Shown: piece after piece, positions 21,991 to 30,406 of the stretch
Layout: every line of letters starts with the position of its first letter
Numbering within the stretch: the stretch's first letter is position 1
NCBI GenBank assembly: GCA_022844165.1
Contig: JALHMH010000011.1
Span: 58,028 to 122,027, forward strand
Direction of reading: 5' to 3'
Source: Lysobacterales bacterium
Lineage (GTDB): Bacteria > Pseudomonadota > Gammaproteobacteria > Xanthomonadales > SZUA-5
DNA: 64,000 nt
Made by a program: the position numbers and the translations under genes
Notes under the pieces: generated by a model
Seen by the model: only the letters and a program-made list of their open reading frames with translations
Told to the model about the DNA's origin: nothing
Database searches by the model: none

Positions 21991-22102
21991 CCGGCGGCTG
22001 TGCCGCCGGGCCGGAAATGCGCGCAGCGCTCAATGGGGGTTTTGGCAAGCACGGTGTCTGGCGAAGCCAACAATGCTCGGCGGTCTGAGGCGAAGCCTCG
22101 CC
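21991..22102. repeat. dispersed ~110-bp structured repeat, copy 1
   Basis: 22062-22102 is the exact reverse complement of 56728-56768 (41 bp); 21991-22021 matches the reverse complement of 56800-56830 at 30/31. Confidence 0.9.
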
Positions 22103-23635
22103 TTAGATGTCGAAGCGGATGCCTTGCGCCAGTGGTAAGGCATCCGAATAGTTGATGGTGTTCGTTTGTCTGCGCATATAGATCTTCCAGGAATCGGAGC
22201 CGGATTCGCGTCCGCCGCCTGTCTCCTTCTCGCCGCCGAATGCGCCGCCGATTTCGGCGCCGGACGTGCCGATGTTGACGTTGGCAATGCCGCAATCGGA
22301 GCCGCTTGCAGCCAGAAATTTTTCGGCGCGACGCACATCCGTGGTGAAAATCGCACTCGATAATCCCTGCGGGACGCCGTTTTGAATCGCGACGGCTTCC
22401 TCCAGCGTATCGAATGGCAGGACGTACAGAATCGGTACAAAGGTCTCGGTCTGCACCACATCGCAGTCTGGTGCGACGCCGCTGATGATCGTCGGCAGCA
22501 CAAAGTTGCCTGGGCGGTCGAGCACTTTTCCGCCGGTCAGTACTCTGCCGCCTTGCGCAACGGCGCGCTCGACCACGCGCTCGTATGCCGCTACTGCGGC
22601 GCGATCGATCAGCGGGCCCATGAGCGTGCCGTTGTCGACCGGGTCACCGATGCGACCTTCGATTTGCCGATAAGCGCTTGCCAGCCGCTGCGTCACCTCA
22701 TCGACGATAGAGCGATGCACGATCAGACGGCGGGTTGTGGTGCAACGCTGGCCGGCCGTGCCAACCGAACCAAACACAGTGGCCGGAATGGCCAGTTTCA
22801 GATCGGCGGTTTCGTCGATGATGAGTGCATTATTTCCGCCCAGTTCCAGAAGCGAGCGGCCCATACGTCGCGCCACGCGTTCGCCGACCAAACGACCGAT
22901 TTGCGTCGAGCCGGTAAAGCTGATCAGCGGGATGCGGTGATCGTCGACGAAGGCTTGCGCGAGTTCCGTGCCGGAATCGTTGAACAGGAAAAAGATGTCG
23001 GGAAAACCGCCCGCGCGCAGAGCCTCGTTGCAAACGCGCATCGAGGCAATTGCCGTCAACGGCGTTTTCGGCGAAGGTTTCCAGATCGTGATATCGCCGC
23101 ACACGGCGGCGAGAAACGCATTCCAACTCCACACCGCAACCGGGAAGTTGAATGCGCTGATGACGCCGACGATCCCAAGCGGGTGCCATTGCTCGAACAT
23201 CCGATGTCCGGGTCGTTCTGAGTGCATGCTGTTGCCGTACAGCTGACGCGACAGACCGACAGCAAAGTCGGCGATATCGATCATCTCCTGGACTTCGCCC
23301 AGTCCTTCGGCCTTGATCTTGCCCATCTCCAGTGACACCAACGTACCGAGCGCCTCCTTGTGCTTGCGCAGCGCCTCGCCGCACAGGCGGATCGCCTCGC
23401 CGCGTCGCGGCGCCGGTGTGGTGCGCCAGGATTCGAAGGCGGCGGTCGCACGGCGCATGATGGTGGCGTAGTCCTGCGCGCTCGAGGCATAAGTGCGGGC
23501 GATGGTGTCGCCGGTAGCTGGGTTGATGCTGCTCATTACGCCGGCATCGCGCGTCGCCGACCACTCACCGTCGCCAAGATAGGTGCCTGAATTGTCTGCG
23601 CTCAAACCGAGCGCTGCGAGGATCGCTTGCGACAT
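22103..23635 (-). CDS. amaB: ALDH7-type aldehyde dehydrogenase (L-piperideine-6-carboxylate dehydrogenase-like)
   Basis: SERPGHRM, SAFNFPVAVWSWN, LELGGNN, GTAGQRCT, GAEIGGAFGGEKETGGGRESGSD. Confidence 0.88.
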   Translation of the reverse strand: MSQAILAALGLSADNSGTYLGDGEWSATRDAGVMSSINPATGDTIARTYASSAQDYATIMRRATAAFESWRTTPAPRRGEAIRLCGEALRKHKEALGTLVSLEMGKIKAEGLGEVQEMIDIADFAVGLSRQLYGNSMHSERPGHRMFEQWHPLGIVGVISAFNFPVAVWSWNAFLAAVCGDITIWKPSPKTPLTAIASMRVCNEALRAGGFPDIFFLFNDSGTELAQAFVDDHRIPLISFTGSTQIGRLVGERVARRMGRSLLELGGNNALIIDETADLKLAIPATVFGSVGTAGQRCTTTRRLIVHRSIVDEVTQRLASAYRQIEGRIGDPVDNGTLMGPLIDRAAVAAYERVVERAVAQGGRVLTGGKVLDRPGNFVLPTIISGVAPDCDVVQTETFVPILYVLPFDTLEEAVAIQNGVPQGLSSAIFTTDVRRAEKFLAASGSDCGIANVNIGTSGAEIGGAFGGEKETGGGRESGSDSWKIYMRRQTNTINYSDALPLAQGIRFDI

Positions 23636-23676
23636 GTATTTCTCCGACAGAAGGAGCCGCGAACACGGCATAGAGT

Positions 23677-23753
23677 TGGTGCCCCCGACACGAATCGAAC
23701 GTGCGACCTTCCCCTTAGGAGGGGGACGCTCTATCCAACTGAGCTACGAGGGC
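23677..23753 (-). tRNA. tRNA-Arg(CCT)
   Basis: GCCCTCG-TAGCTCAGTTGGATAGAGC...TCCCC-CT CCT AA-GGGGA...GTTCGATT...CGGGGGC-ACCA cloverleaf, 77 nt, encoded CCA. Confidence 0.96.
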
Positions 23754-23925
23754 GATGAAGGGCCGGGAGTATACCGGCCGCAGCGAGTTCGAGGAGTGCA
23801 GTGCCAAGCCGGCTGCAATCTGAACAGTCAGCGCAGATCCGGCGGCATTCAGCCCGGCCTTAGCAAATCGAGCGTACGTTATCAGCACGTGCCAAAAAGG
23901 CCGGATCTTCGTTGGGAGAGAATCG

Positions 23926-24474
23926 ATGGCGAAGTGGATTGTTGGTGTATTGGCGCTGGTTTTGGCCGGTCTCAGTCTGCCGGCCCAGGCAGGGCGATGG
24001 TCGATCGGCTATAGCGATTACGGTTGGAACGGCGGGTATTCGATCAGCGTCGGCGGGCATGGCAGGGGTTATGGCTCGGGTTGGTACGCGCCATACTGGT
24101 ACGCGCCGGCCTACAGTCACTGGGATCGATACGGTTATGGCTACCCGCGAGTTGTGTATCGCACGAGTGGTCGCGGTTACTACGGTTATCGGGCGCCGTA
24201 TCGTTATGACCGCTACTCCTACGCGCCGCGCTACCGCGATTGGCGCCATGATCGATATGATCGATATTGGGATCGTCGGCGCGACCGTCACGATCGTTAT
24301 TGGAACGATCGTCGTGATCGCTACAGTCGGCAAAACGTCCGAAACGATCGTTACTATCGAGACCATCGTTACGATCGAAACGAGCGTGCCTACGATCGTT
24401 CGCGGCGCGACGCCTACTACAACGCGCAGGACGACGCCTGGCGCGGCGCACGGAATCGAGACTACGGTTATTGA
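23926..24474 (+). CDS. secreted low-complexity Tyr/Arg/Asp/Gly-rich hypothetical protein
   Basis: GGGAG RBS; signal peptide ending AQA; G/Y/W-rich then RYDRYWD-type repeats. Confidence 0.75.
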   Translation: MAKWIVGVLALVLAGLSLPAQAGRWSIGYSDYGWNGGYSISVGGHGRGYGSGWYAPYWYAPAYSHWDRYGYGYPRVVYRTSGRGYYGYRAPYRYDRYSYAPRYRDWRHDRYDRYWDRRRDRHDRYWNDRRDRYSRQNVRNDRYYRDHRYDRNERAYDRSRRDAYYNAQDDAWRGARNRDYGY

Positions 24475-24638
24475 GCTGGGCAAGCGTGTGCTGTCGAGCG
24501 AGGTCGCAATGCTGGTCGGCCTCCAGGCGGAGCCTGGCTGGCTCGTTGACTTGAAGATGAAAAAATGCCGCTTCGATGATTTCAGATGAGGCGGCAAGTT
24601 GTTTTCGGGTTGGCGCCAGCGCCCGGCAAGCGGCGGCG

Positions 24639-26108
24639 TTATACGTCATTGCGGGCCCGCTTAGGTGCGACTTTATCTCCACGACGGGGCGCTCGGCGTT
24701 TCGCGGGTGGCTTGCCGAAGTACTCAAGTTCCAGTTCTTCGAGGGCGAGTTGCATGTACGGTGAAAGACGCTGCAAATGCGGCAGCGTACTTCGGCAGCC
24801 GGTGATGCCGAAAGCCAGTTTGCCGTCATAGCTTTGGCACGTGATATTGATCGCCTGGCCGTGCGTGACGAGCGACACGGGATACGCGGCCTCGAGCCGC
24901 GCGCCCCGGAAATACAGGGGCTTCTCGGGGCCCGGCACATTGGAAATCGTAATGTTGAACATGGGGCGCGTACGGCCGCCGATGCCTGCCATCAATGACA
25001 ACATCGTCGGTGCCATCAACAACATGGTGTATTGCATCATTGCTTTTTTCGGCAAACTCGACACATGTTGCTTCGCGCGCCGCGTGGATGCTGTTATCGA
25101 TTGAATCCGCTCGCGTGGCGCATCGATATCGGTGCCGAGCGTAGAAATAATGAAGGTGATGGCATTGCCGGTTCCTTCGTCGTCTTTGGGGCGCACCGAC
25201 ACGGGGATGCCGGCCGTGAGCGACTGCTCCGGCAATTCGCCAAGTTCGACCAAAAAACGTCGCAGAGCGCCGCCGCAGAGTGCCAGGACCACATCGTTGA
25301 GCGTGGCATTTGCCGCCTCCGCCAATTTGCGCAGGCGCGGCAATTCGAACCGTTGTGTGGCGAATCGGCGCTCCTGGTTGATGCGGCCGTTCAGCAACGA
25401 CATCGGGGACTCGAAAGGAATCGCGAGCGTGTCTTCTTTGTTGCGAAAGGCGCCGACCATCGAGCCGAACGCGCGGGCGATATCTGGCAGTGAGCCGACT
25501 TGATCGCGAACCGTCTCGGTGAAGTGTGCAATCACTTCGGCGGGCGTTGGCGGTGGTGCTTTGGGCCGTTTTGCCGGTCTTCCGCCGGAGCTGCCCAGCG
25601 CCCAAAATGGCGGCAGTTTTCGCGACGATCGAGTGTCGCTCGACATCGCTTTCTCCAGTAGTTTGATGCCGCTGACGCCATCAATGAGCGAGTGATGCAT
25701 TTTAACGTACATCGCGAACTGCCCGTCTGCCAGGCCTTCGATGACTTCGCACTCCCAAGGTGGTCTGGACAGATCCAGCGGCTGGCTGTGGAATCGGGCG
25801 ATCAGTTGGCCCAACTCGCGCTCGCCGCCCGGTCGCGGCAGCGCCGAATGGCGCACGTGATGTTCCAGATCGATGTCGTCTTCGACCTCCCAAACTGGCA
25901 TCAGGCCCTTGAAACTCGGCATGCGCACTCGAAGATTCCAGGGCGACGCGAACTTTTTGGTACTGCGGAAGTCCTGCATCAGTTTGGCGAAAAAGTCTGC
26001 CGGTGCGTCCGTCGGCAGCGAGAAACGCATCAGCCCGCCGACATGCATCGGCGTGTCTCGCGACTCGACCATCAACCAAGATGCGTCCAATGGGTTCAAG
26101 GTCTTCAT
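24639..26108 (-). CDS. wax ester synthase/diacylglycerol acyltransferase (WS/DGAT)
   Basis: LNPLDASWL, PMHVGG, PLDLSRPPWE, HHSLIDG (HHxxxDG), SNVPGP. Confidence 0.94.
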   Translation of the reverse strand: MKTLNPLDASWLMVESRDTPMHVGGLMRFSLPTDAPADFFAKLMQDFRSTKKFASPWNLRVRMPSFKGLMPVWEVEDDIDLEHHVRHSALPRPGGERELGQLIARFHSQPLDLSRPPWECEVIEGLADGQFAMYVKMHHSLIDGVSGIKLLEKAMSSDTRSSRKLPPFWALGSSGGRPAKRPKAPPPTPAEVIAHFTETVRDQVGSLPDIARAFGSMVGAFRNKEDTLAIPFESPMSLLNGRINQERRFATQRFELPRLRKLAEAANATLNDVVLALCGGALRRFLVELGELPEQSLTAGIPVSVRPKDDEGTGNAITFIISTLGTDIDAPRERIQSITASTRRAKQHVSSLPKKAMMQYTMLLMAPTMLSLMAGIGGRTRPMFNITISNVPGPEKPLYFRGARLEAAYPVSLVTHGQAINITCQSYDGKLAFGITGCRSTLPHLQRLSPYMQLALEELELEYFGKPPAKRRAPRRGDKVAPKRARNDV

Positions 26109-26171
26109 TACTCGCCTCCCGGCGCCAGAGCAACTGCTTTTATGAAGGGCGTAACATCAGCGGTGGCCCGG

Positions 26172-26561
26172 TCAAGGTCGAACGCCGCGAATCGATTGCG
26201 TCACCTCGTTATCGACATTCGTCGCAGACTTTTCGATCCGCACGCGGAACTCCACGCCTTGAGCGCCCAGGCGGACGATATCGCCATCACGCAGCGCCAC
26301 CGTTCCCAGGACACGTTCTCCATTCAAATACGTGCCATTGCTGCTGAGCAGATCGGATAACGTGTAACGCCGCAAATGGTCTTCATCGACCCATTCAATG
26401 ACCGCGTGATTGCGCGACACCATTGTGTCGGCGTCGGTATCGAGACGTACGTCGCATTTTGCGTCCCGCCCCAGATAAAGGCTGGCGAAACGCGCGGCAG
26501 GATAGACCTCGACCGTTCCGGTCCGGTTGCCGTTCAAATACTCGAGGATGATGCGATCCAC
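26172..26561 (-). CDS. stand-alone FHA domain protein
   Basis: LGRD, VSRNHA, SSNGTYLNG, LRDGDIVRLG; GTG start. Confidence 0.88.
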   Translation of the reverse strand: MDRIILEYLNGNRTGTVEVYPAARFASLYLGRDAKCDVRLDTDADTMVSRNHAVIEWVDEDHLRRYTLSDLLSSNGTYLNGERVLGTVALRDGDIVRLGAQGVEFRVRIEKSATNVDNEVTQSIRGVRP

Positions 26562-26664
26562 AGAACCCCATTGCCCGCTGTGCTGCGTTAGGTGAAGTAT
26601 GAACTACGCCGCAGCCATCCAGCCATGCTTTTGGGAGCCGACCGCAACGCGCTATCGTGAGCGG

Positions 26665-27213
26665 ATGACGCCGACCGATGCCAACACCGCGCCCAGCGAC
26701 GAACAATTGATGCTCGCCTACGCATCCGGTGATGTACGCGCGTTTGACGCGCTGTATGCGCGCTTTGCGACGCGCCTGTTGCGTTATCTGACGCGTTTGG
26801 TGAAACGGCCGTCGGTTGCCGAGGAGTTATTCCAGGACACCTGGCAACGCGCGATCGACGCGCGCTCGCGATACCGGCCCACGGCACGATTCGCGGCCTG
26901 GCTGTTCCGGATCGCGCACCATTTGGCGATCGACCATATTCGCCGCGAACAGCCGCAGTCCGACGATAGTGTGCTGGCGCACTTCCCCGACGGCGGTGCG
27001 GCGCCGTTGCAAGCGATCGAAGACGAAGCGCAGCTGACACGGCTGATCGATGCGCTTGAGTCCTTGCCGGCCGAACAGCGTGCCGTGGTGCTGCTGCGCG
27101 CCGAAGGCGAGCTCACGCTGGAGGAGATTGCGGAGACGATGAATACCGGCCGTGAGACCATCAAGTCGCGCTTGCGCTATGCGCTGGCCAAATTAAAGGA
27201 GGCGCTCAAGTGA
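26665..27213 (+). CDS. ECF sigma-70 factor
   Basis: SDEQLMLAY, AEELFQDTW, WLFRIAHH, LPAEQR, ETIKSRLRYA; start may be 26599. Confidence 0.93.
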   Translation: MTPTDANTAPSDEQLMLAYASGDVRAFDALYARFATRLLRYLTRLVKRPSVAEELFQDTWQRAIDARSRYRPTARFAAWLFRIAHHLAIDHIRREQPQSDDSVLAHFPDGGAAPLQAIEDEAQLTRLIDALESLPAEQRAVVLLRAEGELTLEEIAETMNTGRETIKSRLRYALAKLKEALK

Positions 27214-28274
27214 ACGAGCGCGATGAGAACGTTTTGCTTGACGCAGTCAGGCGAGCCCCGGGGCCTATGCCCGGCGCAGCCATGACGGCTGCCATTCGTG
27301 CCCGGGCAGGAGCGGTCGCCAGGCGCCGTTCGCCGCCTGTCTGGTTGAACATCGCGGCGGGCGTGGTTGTATTGGTAGGCGCTGCAAGTTGGCTGCGCGT
27401 GGCCGATCGTGTGCCGGAGCCCCTTGCCCCAAGGGCATCAACGCCCGTGACAGCAACCGACGGAGCACTGCCTGATGCTCAAGCGACTGCACCGGAGATG
27501 GATGATGTGCCGGCGTTCGAAGCGAGTCGTTCGGCTGCGGCATCGGAACCGCCGATCGAACAACCCCTCGCCGATGCTGGTCCTGGGCAAATCAACAAAG
27601 CTGAGGCCCGGTCTGAGTCGCAGCGACCGGTCGTTGCAGTCGACGACCTGGCGTCCGCCAGGCGAGCGCCGGCGGGCGATGCAGATTCGTTGGTCGCTCA
27701 GGGATTGAGGTCAGACGCGCCGCGCGAAGCGGCTGCTGGGGCGAAGCTCGAAGCCGTTCCGCCAAGCGTTTCGTCAGCGATTCAGACGCCGGCATTGGAA
27801 ACAGCTCAGGCGCCGATGTCTGTAGACGCGCCGCCGCTGACAGAGTCCCCTGTGCCCGCAGCGCCCCCAGCACCGCCAGCGCCGCCGGTATCTTTCGCGC
27901 CGCGGGAGCCCGTTGGGCGGATGAGTGCTGCGCCGGCAGCGCCAGCCAGCGTATCGCCTTTGCCCAGCATTGCGGCCGAACCCGTTGCCGATTCGATCGC
28001 GCCAGCCGCCGCAGTCGCTTCCTCTGTGCCAGCAGGTTCGTCGACCATTGGGCTCGGGTTGGATGAGGCTCAGTCCGTGGTTGCTTTGGAGCGCATGCGG
28101 GAAGCCGCGCGCGACCGCACCAAGGCGGCTCACGATCCGCGTTTCGACGCGCTGCGCGAAGCGTTGGCGGCAGAGCAGTCGGCACGCGTCGACGCCCTGA
28201 TTGCCGAACTTAAGCGAGACGTGCTGCGCGAGTCATGGCCAGCGGACCTGGCGGACCGCTACTGGCCAGAATGA
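27210..28274 (+). CDS. putative anti-sigma factor (single TM, Pro/Ala-rich linker)
   Basis: GTGA overlap with the ECF gene; TM WLNIAAGVVVLVGAASWL; low-complexity P/A region; helical C-terminus. Confidence 0.65.
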   Translation: MNERDENVLLDAVRRAPGPMPGAAMTAAIRARAGAVARRRSPPVWLNIAAGVVVLVGAASWLRVADRVPEPLAPRASTPVTATDGALPDAQATAPEMDDVPAFEASRSAAASEPPIEQPLADAGPGQINKAEARSESQRPVVAVDDLASARRAPAGDADSLVAQGLRSDAPREAAAGAKLEAVPPSVSSAIQTPALETAQAPMSVDAPPLTESPVPAAPPAPPAPPVSFAPREPVGRMSAAPAAPASVSPLPSIAAEPVADSIAPAAAVASSVPAGSSTIGLGLDEAQSVVALERMREAARDRTKAAHDPRFDALREALAAEQSARVDALIAELKRDVLRESWPADLADRYWPE

Positions 28275-28768
28275 GGCACCTCGGTGCCAACAAGATCGAG
28301 TTTTGTCTCGAACACGGATGCTGATCCCGCGAGCTCATAGACGTTACGGTAACCGTAACTGTGCAGCGCCGTAAACGTCGACAAGTTCAGCGATGCCGCA
28401 GGCGCCTTCGTTGCGAAAGCGCGAGGGCTATGGAGAAAGTTGTTGTTGCAGTAGATCAACACGCGCGTATCGGGCGATGGGATTGCGGTTGCCAGGCTCT
28501 GCGCGGTGAACTCGGTGAATGGCAGGTTGATTGCGCCAGCAACGTGCGTTTGCGCGAAGGCTTCACGGCTGCGGGCATCGAGCAGAATCGTCGATGCTTC
28601 TGAAGCCATTTCGCGGAACCGTTGCTCATCGACGCGTCGCTGCACACGGGCCGCCATCGCCAGTGCTACGTCGGCCTGGAACTGGCGGTCGTCGATCAGC
28701 GCATTGGCTGGCGGCGCAGCGGTGACGGAGCCCGATAATGCCAATAGCGCAACTGCCAGACGGACCAT
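28259..28768 (-). CDS. secreted rhodanese-like protein
   Basis: AGGAG RBS; signal peptide; LLDARS, HVAGAINLPF, IYCNNNF. Confidence 0.85.
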   Translation of the reverse strand: MVRLAVALLALSGSVTAAPPANALIDDRQFQADVALAMAARVQRRVDEQRFREMASEASTILLDARSREAFAQTHVAGAINLPFTEFTAQSLATAIPSPDTRVLIYCNNNFLHSPRAFATKAPAASLNLSTFTALHSYGYRNVYELAGSASVFETKLDLVGTEVPHSGQ

Positions 28769-28827
28769 TGCTTTGCTCCTGAGCTGAACTGGACCGTAGG
28801 AGTACTGTCCGAGTGCTGGAGTTCCCG

Positions 28828-30216
28828 TCAATCGCGAATCTGTATCTGGCGTTCGCCGTCTGCAAATCGTGCCGTTACGACGTCCCCTGCTGCGGTGTGT
28901 GCGGCCCGGGTCAATAAAGTACCGTCGGCGCGCGCTAATAACACGAAGCCACGTTCGAGCGTGGCTTGTGGACCGAGCAGGTGCAGTGCGCGCTGGGCCA
29001 GATGCGTGCGTTGCCGCAGTTGGACCATGCGGCTACGGGTCGCGATGAGGCGCATGGCGAGTCGATCGTTCTGCGCTTGATGGTTGGCCGACAACACACT
29101 CGCGCTGAACGCGAGGCGGGAATACAACTGTCCGGCGCGCATTCGCACATTGCCCAGGTGGCGATCGGGCGACAGCCGCAGAAGGCGTTGATGCAATTTC
29201 TGCGTTCGCTCGCGAGCCGTCGCCACGCCGACCATCTCGAGGCGACCCAGGAGAAATTGCAGACTCTGGCGTTGATGAGCGCCATCGCGTTGATGAGCAC
29301 GCACAAGGCGCGAAAGCTGGTCCAGGCGTTGCGTTCGCGACTCCAGTACGCGCTGCATGCGCCGCTCGATCGCGGAGCGGGCATCGCGCAGTCTGCGAGC
29401 AATCGCCTCGCCATCCGGCGCGATGATTTCCGCCGCCGCAGACGGCGTGGGTGCGCGCAGATCAGCAACGAAATCGGCGATCGTGACATCGATCTCATGG
29501 CCCACCGCAGAGACCACCGGAATCGGTGCTGCGGCGATTGCCCGCGCCAAAGACTCATTGTTGAATGCCGCAAGATCTTCGGTTGCGCCGCCGCCGCGCG
29601 TGAGCAAGATGACATCGTACCTTCCGCCACAGGCGCGGCGCATGGCATCCGTCAACTGCTCCGGCGCCTCGATGCCCTGGACCTGGCAAGGGAACACATC
29701 CACGCTGAGCATTGGCCATCGCCGCCGAAAGACGCTGAGTACATCGCCAATCGCTGCCCCGCGCGGGCTGGTGATCAGCGCCAGGCTCAAGGGCATTGCT
29801 GGCAACGCCTTTTTCCGTGCCAGATCGGTTAGACCTTCCGCAGCGAGCCTGGCTTTCAGAGCTTCGAATGCCTGATGCGCCAAGCCAGCGCCATCCTCTT
29901 CGAGGTGATCTGCAACCAGCTGGTACTCGCCACGCGTTTCGTACAGGGTCACCCGGCCGCGAAGCACCACATTCAGGCCGTCACGTGCCTGAGCGCGGAC
30001 GTACTGGTTGTTGTTGCGGAACATCGCGCATCGAATCTGCGCTGTTGCGTCCTTGAGAGTGAAGTACCAGTGGCCAGAACTCGCGCGCGTGAAGTTCGAA
30101 ATCTCGCCCGCGACCCAGACGATGGCCAATGCATCTTCCAGCACCGAGCGCGCCAACAAATTCAGCTGGCTCGGGGTGACGACTTTGCGTTCGCGGATTG
30201 GAAAGCGCTGGGTCAC
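28828..30216 (-). CDS. xseA: exodeoxyribonuclease VII large subunit
   Basis: GEISNF, SGHWYFTLKD, RGGG, SAVGHEID, RAPTPSAAAE, TLERGF; start uncertain (GTG 30216 chosen). Confidence 0.94.
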   Translation of the reverse strand: MTQRFPIRERKVVTPSQLNLLARSVLEDALAIVWVAGEISNFTRASSGHWYFTLKDATAQIRCAMFRNNNQYVRAQARDGLNVVLRGRVTLYETRGEYQLVADHLEEDGAGLAHQAFEALKARLAAEGLTDLARKKALPAMPLSLALITSPRGAAIGDVLSVFRRRWPMLSVDVFPCQVQGIEAPEQLTDAMRRACGGRYDVILLTRGGGATEDLAAFNNESLARAIAAAPIPVVSAVGHEIDVTIADFVADLRAPTPSAAAEIIAPDGEAIARRLRDARSAIERRMQRVLESRTQRLDQLSRLVRAHQRDGAHQRQSLQFLLGRLEMVGVATARERTQKLHQRLLRLSPDRHLGNVRMRAGQLYSRLAFSASVLSANHQAQNDRLAMRLIATRSRMVQLRQRTHLAQRALHLLGPQATLERGFVLLARADGTLLTRAAHTAAGDVVTARFADGERQIQIRD

Positions 30217-30406
30217 GACAAAAACGGCACCAGGAGCGGACTCCAAGTAAACCGGAGCGCGCGAGGGAAATGAAGGGCGAATCGACGACGAACTGGCCCT
30301 GTTCATGTTCTTTGCGCGTAACGATGAGAGTGCCTTTGGCACGCGTTGTTCGGTATTGGCCGAACCAGCGTTTTACTCAGGTCTCACAAACTCGGAGTCA
30401 CTCTTG

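Noticed and set aside
22062-22102. Repeat core as a hammerhead ribozyme (CTGA...GAA)
   Set aside because: The CUGANGA and GAAA core is not intact
23677-23753. tRNA genes as island or prophage integration sites
   Set aside because: No integrase and no duplicated tRNA 3' end was seen near either tRNA
23677-24474. Functional link between tRNA-Arg(CCT) and the adjacent Arg-rich gene
   Set aside because: The Arg-rich repeats use CGN codons, which this tRNA does not read; adjacency is probably incidental
30337-30352. Sigma-54 promoter upstream of the adhesin (TGGCAC)
   Set aside because: The -12 TTGC element is missing at the required spacing
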